From Podarcis vaucheri (taxonomy: Eukaryota), in assembly GCA_965113315.1 (NCBI GenBank), contig OZ220364.1: 64,000 bases of DNA; one strand, 5' to 3'. Of the stretch, positions 34,525 through 49,095 are shown piece after piece. A program made the translations under genes and the position numbers. The stretch's first letter is position 1, and every line of letters starts with the position of its first letter. Under the pieces are notes generated by a model that saw only the letters and a program-made list of their open reading frames with translations, was not told the origin of the DNA and did not search any database.

Positions 34525-36526
34525 ATCCATTTCAGATTCTATAAGCCCACTTTCCACAATAAACATCTTAAGATCCTGACAGGTTCTGCCTAGATGCAAA
34601 GTATTGCTGTGCCACATTGCTACAAGAGGCTATGGTATGTATGTGGGGAAGCCTGTAGAGTCTGCAACATGGCGATGCTCTGTGATTAAACTACCCAATT
34701 CCTATTAATTCCTTGACCTATACAACTGCAAATCCACTAGCAAATTCAAGGCTTTTCCTTTTGGTAATTTTGGCAGGAGATACAGCAGCTAGGCATTTTA
34801 AAATTGCCATTATCATTTAGCATCTGGGGGTGTTTTTTGCATGCTTCATGTAAAGAAGTCTTGCAAATTTTGCTGCTCGTTTATAGTGCAGATTCTTCTT
34901 AAAAGAGCAGAAACTCAACAAGAAGCAGAAGAAGAGGCGTGAAGGGAGCAACTACTCGCAACAGCTTAGCATCATTAGTGATCAGACAAGTATTTGGTAT
35001 TTGCAGCCCTGTTCTGCCTAGGAGTGGCCCCATACTATGGGACCTTGGGGGACTGGAAACTGCTTTGCCTGCAGACCCTTCTCTCTCCCCCGCCCACTGC
35101 CCCTTGTAAAGCAGACAGACCACCAGCAGGTGTGACTCCTGCCATGCCCCAGCAGCCTTAGTGGCCCAGTGAAAAAGCCCAGCTGCCTGCTAATGTGCCA
35201 GAACCAATGCATTCATCACAGCCAGTGAATGAGTCCATTGAGCAAAGCTGGCGAAATTGCTGCCAGTAGGGGCTTTCTTGCCCGGCCCTGAACAGCTTGC
35301 TCCAACCTCAGGCACTCAGGATTGAGGGGAGCGGGGTGAGGGGCTCGAGGGTGTTTGCTTAAAGCTTTCTGTGCCATTTTATAAATTTCTGTATAAATAA
35401 ACTAAACCCTGAAGGGTGGAGGTGAAGAGGAAGGTATTGGGGAAGGAGATGGTTCAGTATAGCATCTCGTTCAGCATCATCTTTGCAAAATCGCGCCCTT
35501 GTCCCTAAGCTCCTCGTTGCCACACCTCTTCCAGCCCCGCCTGGATCTTTGGCCCCCTTTGCGGCTCCTAACAATGGTGTCTTGTCCCAGCTTTGCGTGG
35601 GCCCAGGTGAATAAATGATCTCTATTTCAGGGGAAGGATGTGGTTTTCGAAGCTCGCTCCGCTCACCCTGTTGGTTTGTGTTATTGCTTTCTTTTCCCTC
35701 TTTTTACATTTTCTTTCCCTTATTCCCTTTTTCTCCACCTTGCCAAAACCCCTTGGAAAACAGCGCCATGGTCAATTACAGAGGCAAGGAGGAGAGTTCA
35801 TTAATATTGAAGGCAAGCTCCGAGCCAGGTGGAGGGAGACAAGGAGGAGATTGTGTGTGGGAGAAGCTTGCAGGCCACCAAAGAGTGTGGGGCTTGTGCT
35901 CACACACTCCCCATTCAGACCTATCCTGTCCCTGCCATTTTAAGCACACACAGACCTCGTCTTTCAGGAGCGATGCTGGAGAAAGGACGCCACTGACTGG
36001 GGAGCTGCTCAGCATCCTCTGCCCACCCAAGCCAGAGGCAGCCAGGACTGAAATGGGACCCGTGTGCCTCCATGACTCAGAATAGAAGGCAGTTTGCCAC
36101 CAGCCCAGGAATAGAAATGCTATCAAAGCCCCCACTGGCGCCATGAAACTTGCCCCATGCGCACAGATGTGAAGTATTGACTTTGGCAACACGGGTCCTC
36201 TGCCTTGTCCCAATTGTAAAGAGCAAAGCGGAACAGAAGGACCAGTTTATAGATTTCCTTGTGACAAAGCCTATGGAGTAAAAAAAATATATGCCAGCAT
36301 TTTACATGCAAAAGACAGAAATACAAATAGTCTACGTTAAGAGAGGGTTCCATACTAGAAGAGAGAGAAGCCGTGGTCATTAAAAACCATTTTGAAATGC
36401 TAATTTTAAACTTTCGGTCCTCCCTCCGGTTTATAAAGCATGTGCTCATGTTTCAGGGTTACAAATCAGCTCAATTTTTTAACATCCCCTCGCCCCCAAA
36501 AATGTTCAGTTGCAAAATCCTAAATG

Positions 36527-36868
36527 CAGACCCTCCAAATGTCCCTGTTTTCTAGGGGCACTCCTGATTTAGAGAAGCCGTCCCAGTTTCAGATTTGATC
36601 CTAGAATATCCCCCTTTTCCTTAGGGTGTCCCTGTTTTCATTGGAGAAATGTTGGAGAGTATGGAGTTATCCAACCCCCCAGCTGTCTTGAAGGCAATCC
36701 TGTATAGGGAAGGTTTTTTTAAAAAAAATGTTTAATGCTTTATTATATTTTTATATATGTTGGAAGCTGCCCAGAGTGTCTGGGGCAACCCAGTAAGATG
36801 TGTGGGGTATAAATAGGAAAATAATTATTTATGTCCCTATTTTCATCAGAGATATGTTGGAGGGTATG
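36527..36868. mobile_element. hAT-like element containing an L2-type 3' tail
   Basis: Ends cagaccctccaa / ttggagggtatg, repeated tgtccctgtttt subterminal motifs, flanking taaatg repeat. Confidence 0.6.
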
Positions 36869-38681
36869 TAAATGCTTCTGAATCAGCATCAGAATGATCC
36901 AATCTAGCTCCCCAGGTAGGCAGGTGGTATTGGGTGCCTCTCTAAATATTATGGCTTGGGCCAAGTAAGCTCCAGAATTGGGTAGAAATTCCAGACGCCT
37001 GCGCTGTTCTAAGGAAGCAAGTACAGCTGGGAGAGTGTGCGGGATTGTGGTTGGTAGAGCTCTGAGATAAGAGCTCAACAGAGCAGGTCCGGTGCTCCTA
37101 GAAAGGAGAGCAGATGTTCTTTCCCTGAATCCCTCTGACCCTGGGCCACAGTTAGGGCAGGAGGGAGGCAATCCCAGCTGCTCCAAGCTGGACATCAAAT
37201 TAGCTTTCTTGTTCAAAGCACTTTCTCCTTTGTTTCTGCTCGGAGGCACTGATTACTTCTTTGTAGAATATTAATGAGGTGTGAAGAGTAATTTGTGTGG
37301 AATAAGAGCAGAGTTGGGCAAAGGGGCCTGGGACTAGAAGACCTGCCTACAGAAAGACCAGGAGATATTTTATTCATTTCCAGTGTTTGGCAGATAGATT
37401 AGTTTATATACGCTGGGTACAAATCACACATAGACAGGCTATGCATGTGCAGCTTCCATGTTTGCAGAAAAGCTAATCAATCCATGGAGGTCAGTAGCAA
37501 AGCCAGCAGGCATGATCCCCATCCTTCATTCATGAATGGTACCCAGTTTATAATCATTTGCATAGGCCTGACCTAAATGCAGCTTTATGTGACACCAACA
37601 CATCTGCCCCATCTTGCCTAAATAGCAAGCCCAAATGCCCAGCAGTTAGACCTTACTCTGTTTGGGATGTGGGTAGCTAATGGCAGCGTTCCTCCTGGGC
37701 AAGATTCAGAGGGAGGTGATTTTAATCAAAATTGCAGCGTTGCAGGGAGGGGTGTTAAAAACAAAAAAACAAAAACCTGCCTGCCAGCCATGATCCAAAT
37801 CCTGATTACCTATGCACCTGCTGTTTTCTTTCTTTCTATATTGCAAGACATGTGAAATGCAATCACACATTTCTTGTGCTGTCTACTTTGGCCTGCAGAA
37901 TCTGATGAAAGTAGGCAGGAAGGATTAGGTAGGTGCAGACTACCAGAAAAGCATTCTGAAGTTTCAGACAAATATTTTACCCAAAATGAATCACAGAACT
38001 TAGAATACCAGGAAAAACATCACAGGAGTTCCAGGAAGGGGTGGGTGGGAAACATGCTCCGCTTTCATCAGTGAGTGAGGGAAGTTGTGTGTGTACAAAT
38101 GCTGCCCTTTGTATATCAATGCTAGCAGATGGTTCCAAGGCATGTGGCTTGCAGTCAGGCACACTGGAAACGGTACACTGATCCGTAAGTACAGCCCCAC
38201 AGTAGCCATAATAATGTTTATTTATTTTCATCCCGCTTTCTGCATTCACACCAAGAGTGGCATACCAAAACAAGCAGAAATACACTAATTTGTGGTGTGT
38301 TTTTTTAATGCAATGAAACAATCATTGAAGTTATGTTAAAGGAAAAAAACCTTAGAAACCGAGGCCATAGCAGCAACATAATCAATCAACCTTTAAAACC
38401 TTGCCAAAACAAATGGGTTTCATCTTCCGTCTAAAAGGGCTCGGAGAGGGGGCCAAACACAACTTAGTTGGAAGGGCATTCCAGAACCAAGCCAGAGCCG
38501 CTAAAAAAATGGACCCATCTCTTGGCCTCCCATGCTGACGCCCACACGACGGCTCTGATTGCAGCCTCTGAAGATGTTGTTGGGGACCCCATCTCTCTTG
38601 CCCTTAGACTAGAGGAAACTTTGCTGGAGGGCAGAGGGCTGTGGAAGCAGCCCTATCATTGAAATCTTATAATTACTGCTG

Positions 38682-38845
38682 CGGTGGGAAGGTAAATGGT
38701 GTTTCCGTGCGCTCTGACACTCGTCACGGTGTTCCGTTGCACCAGCAGCAGTTTAGTCATGCTGGCCACATGACCCAGAAAGCTGTCTGCAGACAAACAC
38801 CGGCTCCCTTGGCCTGAAGCAAGATGAGCGCCACACCCCATAGTT
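38682..38845 (+). mobile_element. Sauria-type SINE body fragment, followed by the 3' end of a mariner-type MITE (to ~38930)
   Basis: gggaaggtaaa...gtcatgctggccacatgacc...ggctcccttggcc...gagatgagc-like body, then gaggtaccactg. Confidence 0.75.
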
Positions 38846-39878
38846 GAATTCAACCACTGCGGGTTGCGCTCTTTTCATGTTGCAAGCGGGCCTCCGGAAC
38901 GGATCCCATTCGCAACCAGAGGTACCACTGTGTGATGCATAGGGAATATTAGTCTAGATGTTATCTGAGGCATTGCTCACAGTACTGTGATTCTTAGTTG
39001 TAAGGCAGGAAAGGGTGAATGGAACAAGCAGAGCTGCTGGAGGTTACCCCATGGCCCTGGGAAAGTAGTGTGTAGCTCAGGGGCACAGCATCTATCTGGA
39101 ACCCATGAAGAACAACTGCAAGCCAGTGTTGGCTGTACTGAGCTAGATGGACCACTGCTAGGCAGCTTCCTGTGTGTCCTTGACCCTCCTTTGTTAAGGA
39201 GATGCCTCTCAATAGATGGGGAGCTTATTCTGAAAGGAGAGGGCCACTTGGGAATCAGGGCCGGGCTTAATTCCCCATCAGGATGAGTGAAAGGAGAATA
39301 GCCAATCTCATTCCAGCTGGAACTGGGAAAACACAGAGGCCTGATTTTGCTCTCTGTCAGAATCCAGATGCCTAGAAACCTAACAAAGGGCTAGTATCTC
39401 TTGTGGTGTTCTTGCTGCAAGTCCTTCCATCTCAGCCTGTATGCATGTATACTGTATATATACACCACATATCACAAAGACACCACGTCCTTCCTTTTGA
39501 GAAAACCAAACCCATGTTATACACCAACACCTCTGAAATCTCTCACCACACTGAGGCTGGGGTTCATGTAACAATAACCTTGTAAATAAATCAGTTAAGT
39601 TACCAACACCTGTGTTGAGTCAAGGTTTAACAGACAACAGATGACTGGGTTTCTGTTTCATCAAATCCTGGGCTGCTTCTGAGGCAGCTCAAACGGAGCC
39701 TTAATGCCGTAATGACTGAAGGGCCTGCAACTCCACATCAGCCAGTAGAGAACCTACTATCTAAATTCCACTGATTTAGAGTAAAGCCCATTTCTGACTG
39801 AAGGCATATCAAGGCCTACAGGTGCTTTACAATGTATTAATTTTATTATCAGAGTTTATACACCACCCAAGGCAAATA

Positions 39879-40047
39879 CCATATTTTTCGCTCTATAACA
39901 CGCACCCGACCATAACACGCACGTAGTTTTTAGAGGAGGAAAATCCGTAGGCATGCCACCCGTAGGCATTCCCTCCATAACACGCACAGACATTTCCCCT
40001 TACTTTTTAGGAGGAAAAAAGTGAGTGTTATGGTGCAAAAAATACGG
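39879..40047. mobile_element. Tc1/mariner (pogo/Tigger-like) MITE
   Basis: TA|ccatattttt ... aaaaaatacgg|TA, with repeated ataacacgcac subterminal motifs. Confidence 0.85.
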
Positions 40048-42824
40048 TATTTTCTGAGAAGAAATCCTACTTGCCATAGGCATCCAAGAAACTTCCTGTT
40101 TACTAATCTGGCCAATGGCGTGAAAATGAGAATGCCAAGATGTGACTTCTGCCTCTTCGAATTGCCATCTTTGGCCACCATTTCTCTGACCTAAGTTTGT
40201 TTTCAGAAAGTGAAAGGCTTGTGGTTGTCTATGTTAATCTAAGACTGCAGAAAAGTTTGCCAGACTATTCAGCTCCTTCTTGAAATAGCTCTGACTTCCA
40301 TTCTGCTATTCCTAAATTCCTTAGGCAAGCAAGGAGCAGAAATAAAGTGATGCCATAGGACACCAGACAGAATCTGTGGATAATTAATGACTAGTTGGTG
40401 TGAGTAACTCCCAAAAAACTTTAGCCTCAGCTGGAATTTCTTCCCATGAAACCACTGAGTGATTCCAAACAGACCTGGCTTGTTACAGTCTACTACAAAT
40501 AATTTACTAGGGAGCACACAACCTTCTCCCAGCATTTGCCTCTATTGCTCACAACTTGGGAGGGGTGTCTTATCTTCTTGATCTGCCTTTGTTTTGAATA
40601 TTAGTCTTTCAGAAAGCTCTGATATAAGAGAACTTTGTTTTTTGTTTCAGTTCCTATGAGAAAGCTGTTAGTATAAAAAAACACACAATGGTCAACCAAA
40701 TGGTACCTTCACATACTGTGAAGCATACTAATATGCTTTATACAATTAGCCTCAAAAGTCACAGCTGTAAGTTTAATTATTTATGACCAAGATTCAAGAA
40801 ACAATTGGCTAACAATTGACTATCTGCTTTATCTGGGAATTTCTCTCACAATGTTACACTATTTTTTTATTTTTTTAAAAGAGTAGCACTAATGGAATCT
40901 CATGTACTGCATCTTAAAACTTTGAACATTTGCATATTCTAGGTGATGAGGAAGTTCAGTTTTGTTTTATCATGCTAACACCAATGACAAGATAGTGGTG
41001 CTATCTATGACTGTTTTGCAAATGGTTCCCTGCCCCACTACAGCTTTTAATACACTAATCTCAGCAAATATCACCAAACTGCTGCTCAGTAAAGGGTGAA
41101 AGGTGTGGCTATTTAACATATATTCAAGCTCTAGTTATCACCGACTAATTTTTATACCTCATTGCCACTTAACTCCCACTTTACAACTGTCTCCTTTATA
41201 AACCTGCCAGCAAAGATTGCACTTCATACATCTAGTGAAGTGGGCATGTATCCATGCCATAATAAATTGGTTGGCCTTTAATGTGCCATAGGGCTCTTTT
41301 ATAGCTTTTGTTACAGAATGTACACATTTATGGCACCCAAATACAAATACTTGCTTTCAGGGTTGTCAAGAAAACCTATAAACTAACGTTTCAAAAATTA
41401 ACTAGCAGAGCGACCTGACCCCATTATTTGACTTGCTTATTACCACTTAATGAACCCTGTCATAAAATAAATGTACCTATATTCCCCTGCCAAACACTGG
41501 GACATATTTCACCCCTCCTCTTGGGTGGGTTCACTTGGAAAAAGTGTGCACATTCCTCCTCTGAAAGCAAAAAGAAGAAGAGAAGAGATAAAAATCACTT
41601 CTCTTTCTCTCAGCGCAATATAACACTTCCATAGGTTCCACTTCTGCAAGAAAGACTCCACTGTCTGAGCAGTACCTCTCACAATACTTTTCTCTCCCAA
41701 ACCCTTCAGCAGAGGGGCTACACACCCATTAGCTGGAGACTGTCGCCAGGGTAGCCCATGCTGCTACTCAGCAAAATAATCAGTAAACCAAAAAGAGCAA
41801 ATGCTGCCATGCTTTCCTAGTGGAAGGGCTACAGATTAAGCAGAAGCAAGAGGCACATGTGGGGCCTGCCCAGGATAGCGGGGGGGGGGGGAGGCCCCTC
41901 CGAGCCCACAACAACTGGAGGCCGTTTTATTGTTTAACATTCCTGATATTTTCTGTCAGGGCTGAACCAATTGTCCGTAATCCACCAGGCTCTACTGGCC
42001 AAACAAATGCAGCTGAATCCTCGGCATCCTGTTCTCACTGAACAGGCATCTTTTGTGAGGGGGGATTTAGAGCGTAGCCCAGTAAATCCAGCTAGTTTCC
42101 TGAGTTGGGGTTCCCACACACACACTCTCCCAGCTGCCAGGTCCTGCCCACCACAAAGGGAACAGGGATGCCCACTAGCCCCACAGAGTAAGGGCCACAG
42201 GCATTTTTCCTTCTCACAAGACACTCTTGGAGTGGAAGGGGTTGGGCCTTCTTATATATCTCTTTGTCACACAGTAATCTGCAGAGTGCTTTGTTATGTG
42301 TGCTTCCCTCTCTTTCCTTCACCATCACGCCCGCCAACATGTCAGTTGACTCTTCCCACATCTGTTCTTTCAAGAAGCAACTGCTGTGCTTTTTTACGCT
42401 GTGCTTCCCTAGAGAATGGCTGCCAGTGGGCAGGGCAGCCATTTTCAATCCACATAACGCACGGCCTATGCACACAGCAGAGCTGCGATTTCAAAGCTTT
42501 CACCAAAGGATGACCCGGTGGGGTAGCGAAAGCGGGCGGGAGGAAAGTACTTTGGGCTCTCTGAGAAATAGGTTGCATTGACCCAGACTAGGTCACTCCG
42601 CTCTTTGGGCGATCAATCAGGGTTACCCCCTGGGCAGCAGGAAGTTCTTTTCCAAGCTTTTTGGCAGGAGGCTGGGCCCAGGCACCCATCCAAATCACTG
42701 CAAAGGAGGCAGAAACACGGTACTCAGAAAACAGGAAACGGCTGCTTCATACATAGCATTTTTCTTGTGGGACAACTTAACTTACACTGATGAATACAGA
42801 TCCACACATTGATAAATAATAATA

Positions 42825-43850
42825 GAAGGTGCCCTGTCCATTGTGTTGAACTAATGACCACTTAAGACAACCCCATGGTTCTCACGGAACCGATGAAATC
42901 CTGTGCCAGCACAACAGCTGCCTCTGTGTGGATGTTGTCTTCTGGGGGCCCTCTAAAACCACACCAAGCAATGGTCCACCCATGAGATCACCTCAGCCAG
43001 CTCACTCAGGGTGGTTGATAGACTGGTAGCATCTCCAATCTGTCTCCTTTCAAGTCCATGATCTATCCTAAGCTCTAGGCCGTCTGGTAAAGGGGGGATG
43101 CTTCTATGGACAATAGAAGCACACACCCCTTGCCCGCCTGCCCAAGTCTAGCCTAGTAACCAAGTACTCAGAGTTAGGTCAGGCCCACCCAGCTCACCCA
43201 TCCAAGTGTCAGTAATGCATGCCAAGTCAGTCCCTTCAACTACAATCAAGACATGGATGGACATGCTGTTATTTGGACTGACCTGCCTTTCATAAACATA
43301 GGAATGGGAGGGCTGAAACAGGGGGTGGCCAGCAACCAAACGAACATCTAAGCCTCCACCATGATTGTGGTAGGCCTCTCCACTCAGAGGGAACAGCCCC
43401 AAACCAAACTTCCCCTCTTCCCCAGTAAGGCCTGACACCCAGAGCATCTGGCCCACAATTCCACAAAATTGTGGCAGTCCAAAGAGAAAAGACCCTTTGG
43501 TGTTAGTCCCTTCAGGGACTACACCTGTCCTTACACCAAGGCAGGCTGTGGGCCACACCCACACCCCAGCTGTGTCCACTCAGTCAGCAACCAAACAATG
43601 CCACGCACTGCAATTGGCCCGAAAAACCTCTTACCTGTAGACAGGCATCAATCACACTGAGAAAGACAAACTCTCAGACAAGACTGTTCCTCTCTGCAAT
43701 CCAGGTGTGAAACTTTCTGAGGTAAAAATTTAAAAAGTGAGGTCCCGAGCACCTGCTCTGTACATATGTCCGGCTGAGATGTGAAGGGCTGCCTCAGAAT
43801 AGATGCTTGGCCCCAGAATGGGGCAGAGGTTGGGGCAAAGGTGCTCATAT
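42825..43850 (-). mobile_element. Degenerate L2-clade LINE 5' part (APE endonuclease region)
   Basis: Minus-strand IHVLIVVEGTDLACITDTW, GRARGV and NIH...AQDF...MGLS motifs of the APE endonuclease. No matching 3' half is adjacent. Confidence 0.7.
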
Positions 43851-45868
43851 CAGCAAAGGGCTATTTGCAGTTACCTAGCTATACAAATACAATTCACATC
43901 ACACATACTCATCTGGCACCTTTTTGGTTTAACCCTTTCCAGTCCGATTAGCTTCTTCCTACTGTAATGGCTCTTTCCTGATTTTAAATTGACCCCATTC
44001 ATTCTGACGGTCTTTTTAAATTGAGGGTGTGCAGCCAGTTCTGACACCATACCGCATGATCAGGAGCCATTTTAGAGGAGGTACAAAATTATTCCTCAAC
44101 ACAGAAAAATGCCACCACTGTTGACGATTTATTTAGTAGGTCTTCGCTTTGGCTATTTCTGGAGGCCTGGAAGCTAGGAAAATAAAACTGGGGAAGGTGA
44201 GAAATGCATTGGGGTTTTGTGGCATGACATTAGGCTTTGCGTCCACATTAGCAGCTCTTTCCCTTACAAGCCTCTCTTCTACAACTTGACTGGTGCATTG
44301 GTCACCAGGAAAATGTTACTAATGTCAATATAGTAATAAAATTGAATTCTGCTTGCAAAATCTAGTTGTGCCTATAGGCTAGGCCAGTCTTTTAAAGACG
44401 CAGACCAGTCGTCCTGGCCCAAGAAGACATCAGCTCCAGAACCATCTTTGGATATGGTGCCCTCCCCTGAAATTGACCATTTCTGTCCTGTCCATGAAAC
44501 TCTCTGGCAACCCTTGCTTTGAACCAGCTTCTTTGAGGGCAGGTGCCATTATGGCCTCTCTAGCTGGTACAGGTCAATAGGACCACCAACGTGGTCTCTG
44601 ACTCCCATCAGCCTCAGCCAAATAGCCAGTGGTGAGGAACGATGGAAGGTGGATTCACCTGGAGGGCAGCATGTTGGTGGAGGCTGATCTGGTCCAGTTT
44701 GATTCTAAGGTAGCAGGCAACCTGTCTTTTGCTTGTGCTTTTCATGTTCTACCCCGCTGTGATGGAGAGGACATAAAAAGGGAGCTCCTGCGCCAGTGGT
44801 ATCCTGGGCTTCCTTTGCCTTCCCTGGATCTATAGCATCTACTCCATCAGCACCCCATTTTTCTGCAGTGCAAGTGATGTTCCTGTGAGCCTGCCAGCCG
44901 GCACTATTGCCCTCGCTTAGCTCCGGTAGTGTTTTCACATGTCTCGTTGCTGAAATATATCCCTGCCGTCATCTCAGATGGCTTTCTTGCAATTAGCCTG
45001 TTTGTACAAAGTTTCAGGACGACCCCGCTCACCATTTGATTCCTCCTTTTATAAGGTGCCAGCGGTGCCTCAGGCACAACCACAGCTGCTGGCCTCTGAA
45101 GAAAGCACACAGCTCTTCTTCAGCAGATGGGAGCCAAGAGTTAAGACGAGAGATGCCCAATCAGACTTTGGGAGCCACAATGCGGCTGTGAATGACAGGC
45201 AGCAAACACCAGGCAGCCACCTTCTCCCGCACCTTGCGCTCTAACTTTGTGCAAAAAAACAACTTTCTCCTAAAGCGTCTGCCCTCCACCTGCCATGCCT
45301 GTGTCCTTCACCTCTTGGCACAGCTTCAGTAGGTGCCTTGTGCTGGATACTCGGGCAGTAAACCGAAAGGAACGTCTGCATCTGTTGGAGGGGAATTAAG
45401 CTGAATCCCAAGGAATCTGTGTTGCAAGGATGCATTGGGAGTAGTGGGGGGTGGGGAGGATGCAGTTGTGTTGCTCTCTTTGGGAATGGGGCGGGGGAGG
45501 GTGAAACAGGGCCATTAATCTGAGGAAATATTTCTTTATTTTCCCAGTGCAGAAATTTGAACTCGGGCAGCACCTGGGACAACAGGCTGTTGATTGCTTC
45601 AGCTATGCCTCTGGCACACACCCCCTCCTTTTTGGCAAAAAGAGCCGTTAGTTAATCCTGCTCCAGTGCCCAACAGGGAGGAGAGAGAGTGGCTATTAAA
45701 TAATTAAATCCTGAAACCCGAGTGAGGGCTTGCTGACCTCTCTTGGGCAGGTAACCCCAGCCCAATTCCCAGGACTCACCCCCCAGTCAAAACACAGCAA
45801 TTTCTGACACTTTTGTTTTCATAGCTGGAGGGGCGACTGTGCCTACACCAAGCAGAAGGACCTCTCTT

Positions 45869-45899
<31 letters not shown>

Positions 45900-48682
45900 G
45901 CTCCTTTCAATAGGTTCTCAAGGCTCTTTCAGTGGCCAGCGGCTAAAGTGGCCTGCAGAGGATTTATGACCACAGAAAACCAAGAACTTAAGAAGAACAT
46001 CAGCTAGGTAGCCAATATGCGACTCTTCAGCTGTTGGGGAACTCCAGCTCCCATCAGCCTTAGTTAGCATGGCCAGTGGTCAGGGATTATGGGAGTTGTA
46101 GTCCACCAACATCTGGCTGCCCCTATGCTAGAGGGACGCCATCAACTCCTTTAATTGCACAAGCTGGCTTTTCTGGTATTTTGTTGAATCCCACCTGAAA
46201 ATAGTGCCCAAATGGCTCCTGGTTTTAACAGTTCTCCAAAATCCTCCGAAATTTTAAAAATCGCAATAAATAATAATTTCAAAGACATTTTATTTGCCAA
46301 AATAATATAGATAAAACACAAGGAACTGTAGGGATAAACCCCAGGGAGACAGTGGGGAGTTAAGAGGGTTGGGAAGCATACAGAAGTGCCAGCATAAAAA
46401 TATACATCAACTGAGTCTGGACTATCCCAAACAAGGTCCATTGTCCCATCAGATCCAGCCCCTTTTAACTGTAACAAACAGTTAGAAGAATAAGGCATGC
46501 AGCTTAAGCAGCGGACTGAATCTGCTCACTTTGCCTCACCAACAAGTTAAAAAGTAACAAATTGCCAGGGTTGGGTGGTGACTTTGACTCAAAGCATTCA
46601 CATCTGTGTGTGTGTGCTTATAAACATATTGCTTACCAGAGAACAGGAATAGCAGATAATGCAATATATTGCTTTTTTAAAAAATGATTGAGACCACAGA
46701 CCTCTATGCTTAACTTCTCAGATCAGTTGGTTAAAATGGCTGACGTTTTAATGTCCAGGTACATGTGGGCAACACACTATGATGTGACCTACCCCACAAT
46801 ACAGGCAAGAGTGAAGCCCACCACAGAATGGTAGGGAAAACAAGGAGGGTCAAGCTGAATGAGGAGTCAGTGGGAAAGCAGGAACCATGGAATTGGGGGA
46901 TAGGGGACAGTTCCTCCCCAACCCTGTTTGTCCACCCCAGGAGAAAGGGAGAAGGGTCCCTCTGGTGGCACAAAGCAATTAAGAACATCAGAAGAGCCCT
47001 GCAGGGTCAGGTCAAAGGCCCATACAGTCCTGCATCCTGTTCCCACAGCAGCCAACCAACTGGAGCAAAGTCCTCCTTTTGAGTCATGGTAGCAATAGGC
47101 TTCCCCAAAAGTGAGGCAAAACTTGGTTGGGGAAATCAGACAAAAAAGGCAGAGAGAGGCCTGGACTTAGTCACTCACCTCATCCCATCCCATGGCTAGA
47201 AAAGGAGCTTGGATTCTCAGAAGAGAAGGAAGAAGGGTGGCAAAAGGACTGGCTTCCTTCCAGCTGAGTGGTTTGAGGCTGCACCCCACCCTATAGAAAG
47301 AAATAAAAAAGAAGGCTTGCTGAGGAGGGATTAGTGGATCCTCTGCAAATAATTAGATACCACTTTTAAATAAAGTTGGCATCTGTCTGTCTCAGACACC
47401 CCCTTTTGGGGTGAAGTCCAACTGCTGAAGAGTCCAACCGCTGAAGAGTTACAGCGCCAGCTGTGGCTGTAGAGTCCGATATGGGAGGGACATGTTTTGT
47501 TGCAGCTGGGGCAGATGAGGACATCCAGTTGTGCTGCTGCAACTCTGTGTTACAGTCATTTCTCCTCTGGTCACTGCTGTGGATGCACAACCTGACTGCC
47601 CGTCTCCAGGCACTGCGGTTGCCATTGAAAAAGAAGTGATGGCTTCTTGAGACGAATCCAGGTTCACAATATTGGGATCACAGCTGCCAGGTCTGCTTCA
47701 GTGACAATTCCTCACTGTGCCTTGATAAGGGAGATGTTTAGAGCTGCCCTTTGTCATCCAGGGCAGCATAGCAAAGCGGCCCTTCCTTTCACTGAGCTTG
47801 GTGCTTCATGTTGCCCTGGGGGCCTCAGAGCTGTGGTTTTGGCATATGAATAAACCTCCCCTCCCACCCCCACCACATAATGAGCCGCCAGAATGGCCCA
47901 TCAATCAGCCACGATCAGGGAGCATAAAAAGGCATCCTTTCCTCAAGGACCATTGCTGATGGTCAATTTTTGCAAGGTCTGCTGTTGCTATAAAGCCCAG
48001 GGGCAGTTTATACTCCCCACAACAGTTTATTGTATGTCCTTCTCCATTTCCACCTCTGATTTTGGACTCAGAAGTAGAATTGAGTAGATCACCTTATAAA
48101 TGCTCAGAAATACTCTTTCAGGCATTAGCCCTAGGCATTTCCTCACCTGGAGTGAAAAGTGGAAATGACTCCCCTCTCCTCCTCATGTTTTAAATGACAC
48201 ACTGGTCATGGGGCTGAGGTTGAAAGCTGGAAAATAGCACCCCTTGTGGACCATGCTGCAGATTCACATTACTTTTTGCTAGCAGGAGGTCCTGGCCCGT
48301 TCTCACTTTTACTAAGGGAAGGCAGGCAGATCTCTTTCTCCTTCTTGCTCATCAGGGCCAGTCCTTCCATTGGCCAAAGTGAGGAGGCTGCCTCAAGCAG
48401 CAGATGCTGTGAGGCAAAGGCAAAGCTGTGTGTGCCTTGAACTGTCTAAGCTGCCCTCAGGTCCTATGGAGGACATTGTCCCTTTAGATTCAGCTGCCAG
48501 TTGATTCATCTAGACAGGTGCCACCTTGTCCTTTGCTTCAGGCAGCCAAATGTATTGTACCAGCCCTGTTGTACATGGTGCCCATCCCTCAGAGATCAGG
48601 GGTCTCACAAATCTTGACACTCAGAATAAAGGCAGAACTCTTTAAGAAAAAAACCTTTCTAAATGATTGATTCCCTTGGTCC

Positions 48683-48724
<42 letters not shown>

Positions 48725-49095
48725 CCCACCCATCTGGCTGGGTTTCCCCAGCCACTCTGGGCAGCTTGCAGCATATCTAAAAACATAAAGCATAAAGTGT
48801 TAAAAACCTCCCAGTACAGGGCTGCTTTCAGATGTCTTCTAAAAGTTGTGTAATTCTTGATCTCCTTGACATCTGAAGGGAGGGTGTTCCATCTACCAGA
48901 CTTTTAAAAGACATCTGAAGGCAGCCCTGTTTAGGGAAGCTTTTAATGTTTGATGTATTGCAGTGTTTTAATTTTTTTATTTTTTTTATTTTTGGAAGCC
49001 ACCCAGAGTCGCTGGAGAAGCCCAGCCAGATGGGCGGGGTATAAATAATAAATAATAAATAATTATTGTTGTTGTTGTTGTTGTTGTTGTTGTTA
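48683..49095. repeat. Inverted pair of L2-type 3' ends flanked by (AAT)n and (TTG)n
   Basis: 48721-48846 is the reverse complement of 48900-49042. Confidence 0.85.
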
